Origin: Chiloscyllium plagiosum
Lineage: Eukaryota
Length of the DNA: 64,000 nucleotides
Direction: 5' to 3'
NCBI RefSeq assembly: GCF_004010195.1
Contig: NC_057728.1
Coordinates: forward strand, 46,342,645 to 46,406,644
In this document: in pieces, positions 60,271 through 64,000 of the stretch
Numbering within the stretch: position 1 is the stretch's first letter
How the letters are laid out: each line of letters opens with the position of its first letter
Program-made: the position numbers and the translations under genes
Notes under the pieces: model-generated
Database searches by the model: none
Told to the model about the DNA's origin: nothing
What the model saw: the letters and a program-made list of their open reading frames with translations, nothing else

Positions 60271-60714
60271 CTTCAGAAACATTATTTCTCTTCACTTTCC
60301 TTACCTTCTGATTCCAAAGATACACTGCCCTGTTGACAATGTATAGTAGCATCACAGGTTCAGTCTAAAAGGAAATGGAACACATTTTCAGCTTCTCAGC
60401 CTATGTGGTATTGTGATCCATAAAACCACATGACCATTCGAGAAACTGTCCAATTTTCACTCCATTGAAACCAACAGAATCATAATTGTGGACCATGAGG
60501 CAGCATGTTTGTACACAGCAGGATCACACAGACAGTAATGTGGTAAGTTAATACATAATATGTTTTGGATATTGGTTGAACCAATCAGGTCCATGGATGT
60601 TTTACAAATATGACTAACATTATTCATTTGGAAATGTTTAACTTAATTTTGATTTTAAATAACTGATCTTATTTTTCTTTTACTACTTATATGTTCCCTG
60701 CACTATAGATCTCA

Positions 60715-61315
60715 CTTTAGACTCTTAGACTCATAAAGTCATCAAGATATAGCGATGTACAGCATGGAAACAGACCCTTCAGTCCAGTTCATCCAAGCTG
60801 ACCAGATATCCGAACCTAATCTAGTCCCCTTTGCCAGCACTAGGCCCATATCCCTCTAAAGCCTTCCCATTCATATAACCATCCAGATGCCTTTTAAATG
60901 TTGTAATTGTACTAGGCTCCACCACTTGCTCTGGCAGCTCATCCCATACACGCACCATTAGTTGGCCATTAGGTTCCTTTTAAATTTTTGCCCTCTCACC
61001 CTAAACCTATGTCCCCTAGTTCTGGACTCCACCACCTCATGGAAAATACTTTGTCTATTTACCTATCCATGCTCCTCATGATTTTAAAGCCTCTATAAGG
61101 TCTCTGACACTCCAGGGAAAACAGCCCCAGTCTATTCAGCCTCTCCCTATCGGTCAAATCCTCCAACCCTGGCAATATCCTTGTAAATTTTTTCTTAACC
61201 CTTTCAATTTTCACAAATCCTTTGGATAGAGGGGAAACCAGAACTGCACACAATGTTCCAAATCTGGTTAACTTCTTTCCTGTACAACCACAACATGACC
61301 TCCCAACTCTTATAT
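60715..61315 (-). mobile_element. CR1/HER1-like LINE 3' fragment
   Basis: FTRILPGLEDLTDRERLNRLGLFSLE, with a degenerate octamer tail. Confidence 0.9.
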
Positions 61316-63724
61316 ACCTTATGACATATGTGCTCCCAAGTTCTTCAAAACTTTCAGATTGTTGAATGAATATATCCAGTAAGCACTAACTCATCAAAAA
61401 GAAACAGTACCAATTATCAACTAGCATTTTCTCAGTTTTGTAAAGTAGGATACCTGAAGCTATATTTCAACAAAGAGATGAAGTGAAAGTAAAATAGCAA
61501 GCACAAAAGATAGATGGAACTGCCTGTTGTTCTGCAATTGACATGGTGAAAATTTCTGGCAGGCAAAACATGCAATTAGTATCCTGAGAAATTTAAAAAA
61601 CTCATTCCAGCTTCTAATCAGGCAGATATCATAATGAAAGCAAGCTTGTAATCAGCAACCTAAACACCCTCTTGTTTCCTGTGACAGGTCCTTCATGATG
61701 CAAATTAAGAACCTCTAACAACCCACCAATACCCCACTATTTCCCCAAATATTGTCATTTCGGACAGCAATTGGGTGGGTCATATGTGATGCACGTTCCA
61801 CCTGATTTTACAAAACAGTTCAGCTGAAAAGGACCAAAAACATCCATTGAGATTTTACAATAATAATGACAGCAAAATAGTTAGATGTTATCACAATTTT
61901 GAAACTGACAGCACCTTGAGGAGTTCACACGTGCCCAATTAAATATGGAACTCCAGAAATTGGTGTCAGTAACCTGATGTTTCTCCATAAGGTATGTTCT
62001 TAAAGTCACCCTAGACTTCAATCAATTTGAAAGCACAAAAAAGATGATGATTTGTTGTTCTGACCTGGTATAAAACTTGGAAAGTGTTTAACCTTGCACA
62101 ATGATGTGTAACTGTACATTTAACAGCATTTTAATTTCACCATTACTGCTGAATACCCATCCTCACTACCATTGGAAAACTAAACTAACATGCTTAGAAT
62201 GTTAGTTTATTTCTGTGATAAAAATAACTTCACACATCTTATATATCATTTTAATATAGCATTGTTTATTATATTTCATTGTTTCCATAATTCCATGCGT
62301 AAGTCCCAATCATTCATTTTGTTCTCTTATTAGATGATGTTAAACTCTAGGATAATCAGTGGATTTTGCTTTCTATTTTGCTGACTGGGAATTCTTTAAG
62401 AAAATGACTGCTTATCTGCTTGATGGCATTGCTATTGTTGTACATCAGGACTTGGTCCTCGATCCAAACTAACATTAGCAAAGGGGAGATTCATGTCACA
62501 GTGATGATTATATTGAGATAGTTGGTACGTGCTGTCACTGATATTGACTGTAATATCTGGGATATCTGGGGTATCTTAAAATGTTTTCTTTGGACCATGT
62601 AAATCAGAAGAAGTGGTTCTTCAGACTCCACATGCCCAAGGTTCCCTCTCTGTGGTTGCTCCCCCTTCCCCCACGATCCACCTTGCACTTGGTTAGCTTA
62701 CTTTGGTCCCCAGCCATTCAAAGAGTGCACTAGTGCTAAGAGATTGCAAGTAATGGCGCTGGACCCTCAAACTGGTTCAGACCTCTCACTACAAATGAAT
62801 TGCGACTGTCTTTATAATTACTGCTAAACAACATTATTGATTCTGAAAATGTGGTAATTTTATATGTCTGGGAGAGGTATTAAAAACATTTTTGTGTCAA
62901 AGACCATGTCTTTTCCCTAAAGCTTAATTTTAATTTTAATTTTGTCATAATCCAGTTGAAACTCAACACTCTGGAGTTCTGTCTGGAGAATACTTCAGTA
63001 TGATTGGCTGAAAATCATGCTTTTGGCACCATGTCTTTGCACACCTTAAGATCTCTTTTACTTGTCACGAGATTTAAACCATTCTCGAAAACTGGAAACA
63101 TAATGCCACAAAGGTAATTGGATTTTTGTGGTAGTCCGCTTTGAGGTTGGCAATGAATGCAGTTGATTTGACATTGATGGTCTATAATTTTCTAGCTAGC
63201 TCCTTCCAGACAAACTGTGTCTAATATCCAAATGATGACCATAAATACCTCTTAATTCTAAATCCTGGATCTGAATTATTATTAGTTTAGTTTTGTCTAT
63301 ATTTACTTGTTTAAGTGAAGATTAGTGTTGTGTAATGTGATTAACATTTTTACATTTGGAATTGGTATGAATCAATCACAGTATCATGATGTAACTCAGA
63401 AATTTTTGTACAAACAAAACATATTTGTACCTATATTTGTTACTGCTATTTGTAACTCCTTGTGTGGTTTGAAGCTTGATCTAGCTAATACTTCTTAAAG
63501 GTACACTGTTTAGAATCATACACCATAGGCAATGCTGGGGTAAACTAGTGATTATGCAGGTAGTGAATAGAGCAGCTACAATCACATTCACAACCAATTA
63601 TACCTAACACACAAGAAATTTTCAGAAAAATGTAGAAGTCAAAGCTCACAGCATTTAATGACTTAGGCACAGCTTACAGGACAATCTGTGAAGCATTTTC
63701 TTATTCACTACCAGTTCATTATGT

Positions 63725-63943
63725 CATGATTCGGAGATGCCGGTGTTGGACTGGGGTGTACAAAGTTAAACATCACACAACACCAGGTTATAGTCCAACA
63801 GGTTTAATTGGAAGCACATTAGCTTTCGGAGCGACGCTCCTTCATCAGGTGATTCAATCACCTGATGAAGGAGCGTCGCTCCGAAAGCGAGTGTGCTTCC
63901 AATTAAACCTGTTGGACTATAACCTGGTGGTGTGTGATTTTTA
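63725..63943. mobile_element. Young palindromic element with two divergent hammerhead motifs, 12-bp TSD
   Basis: AGTTCATTATGT occurs at 63713-63724 and 63944-63955. Arms of ~89 bp centre on 63855. CAC-CTGATGA-AGGAGCGTCGCTCC-GAAAGC is present on both strands (63817-63851 minus, 63859-63893 plus). Confidence 0.9.
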
Positions 63944-64000
63944 AGTTCATTATGTGTTAGCTCAGATAATAAGTGCACAACTATGTGTTTCATATCTTCG

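Noticed and set aside
26317..63943. Dispersed palindromic repeats as a CRISPR array or classical MITEs
   Set aside because: The context is eukaryotic, with no regular repeat-spacer array or cas genes. The asymmetric tips, variable centres and long variable TSDs do not fit cut-and-paste MITEs.
63726..63993. Two similar ORFs on opposite strands
   Set aside because: They are an artefact of the palindrome and not coding.

Overview
This is AT-rich vertebrate genomic DNA, very likely a cartilaginous fish (shark). The evidence is HE1-like V-SINEs, HER1/CR1-type LINEs with (CATAGAGT)n/(ATAGAAC)n tails and Deu-domain SINEs. No host protein-coding exon can be supported, so the window reads as intronic or intergenic. 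Essentially all recognisable ORFs are decayed CR1, Penelope-like (PLE) or Rex/Babar retrotransposon fragments. The most notable hidden structure is a dense set (about 20 copies, about 5 sequence families) of minimal hammerhead ribozyme motifs (CUGANGA-stem II-GAAACGUH / GAAAGCUH). They lie in PLE termini and in short (about 95-230 bp) non-coding PLE-derived inserts, many with clean 9-15 bp target-site duplications and many folded back as palindromes. Also present are a four-level nested TE stack containing a ~600-bp inverted duplication, several locally templated insertions, a Harbinger-like and a Tc1/mariner-like non-autonomous element, and two assembly gaps. Family names and most element boundaries are read by eye and are approximate.
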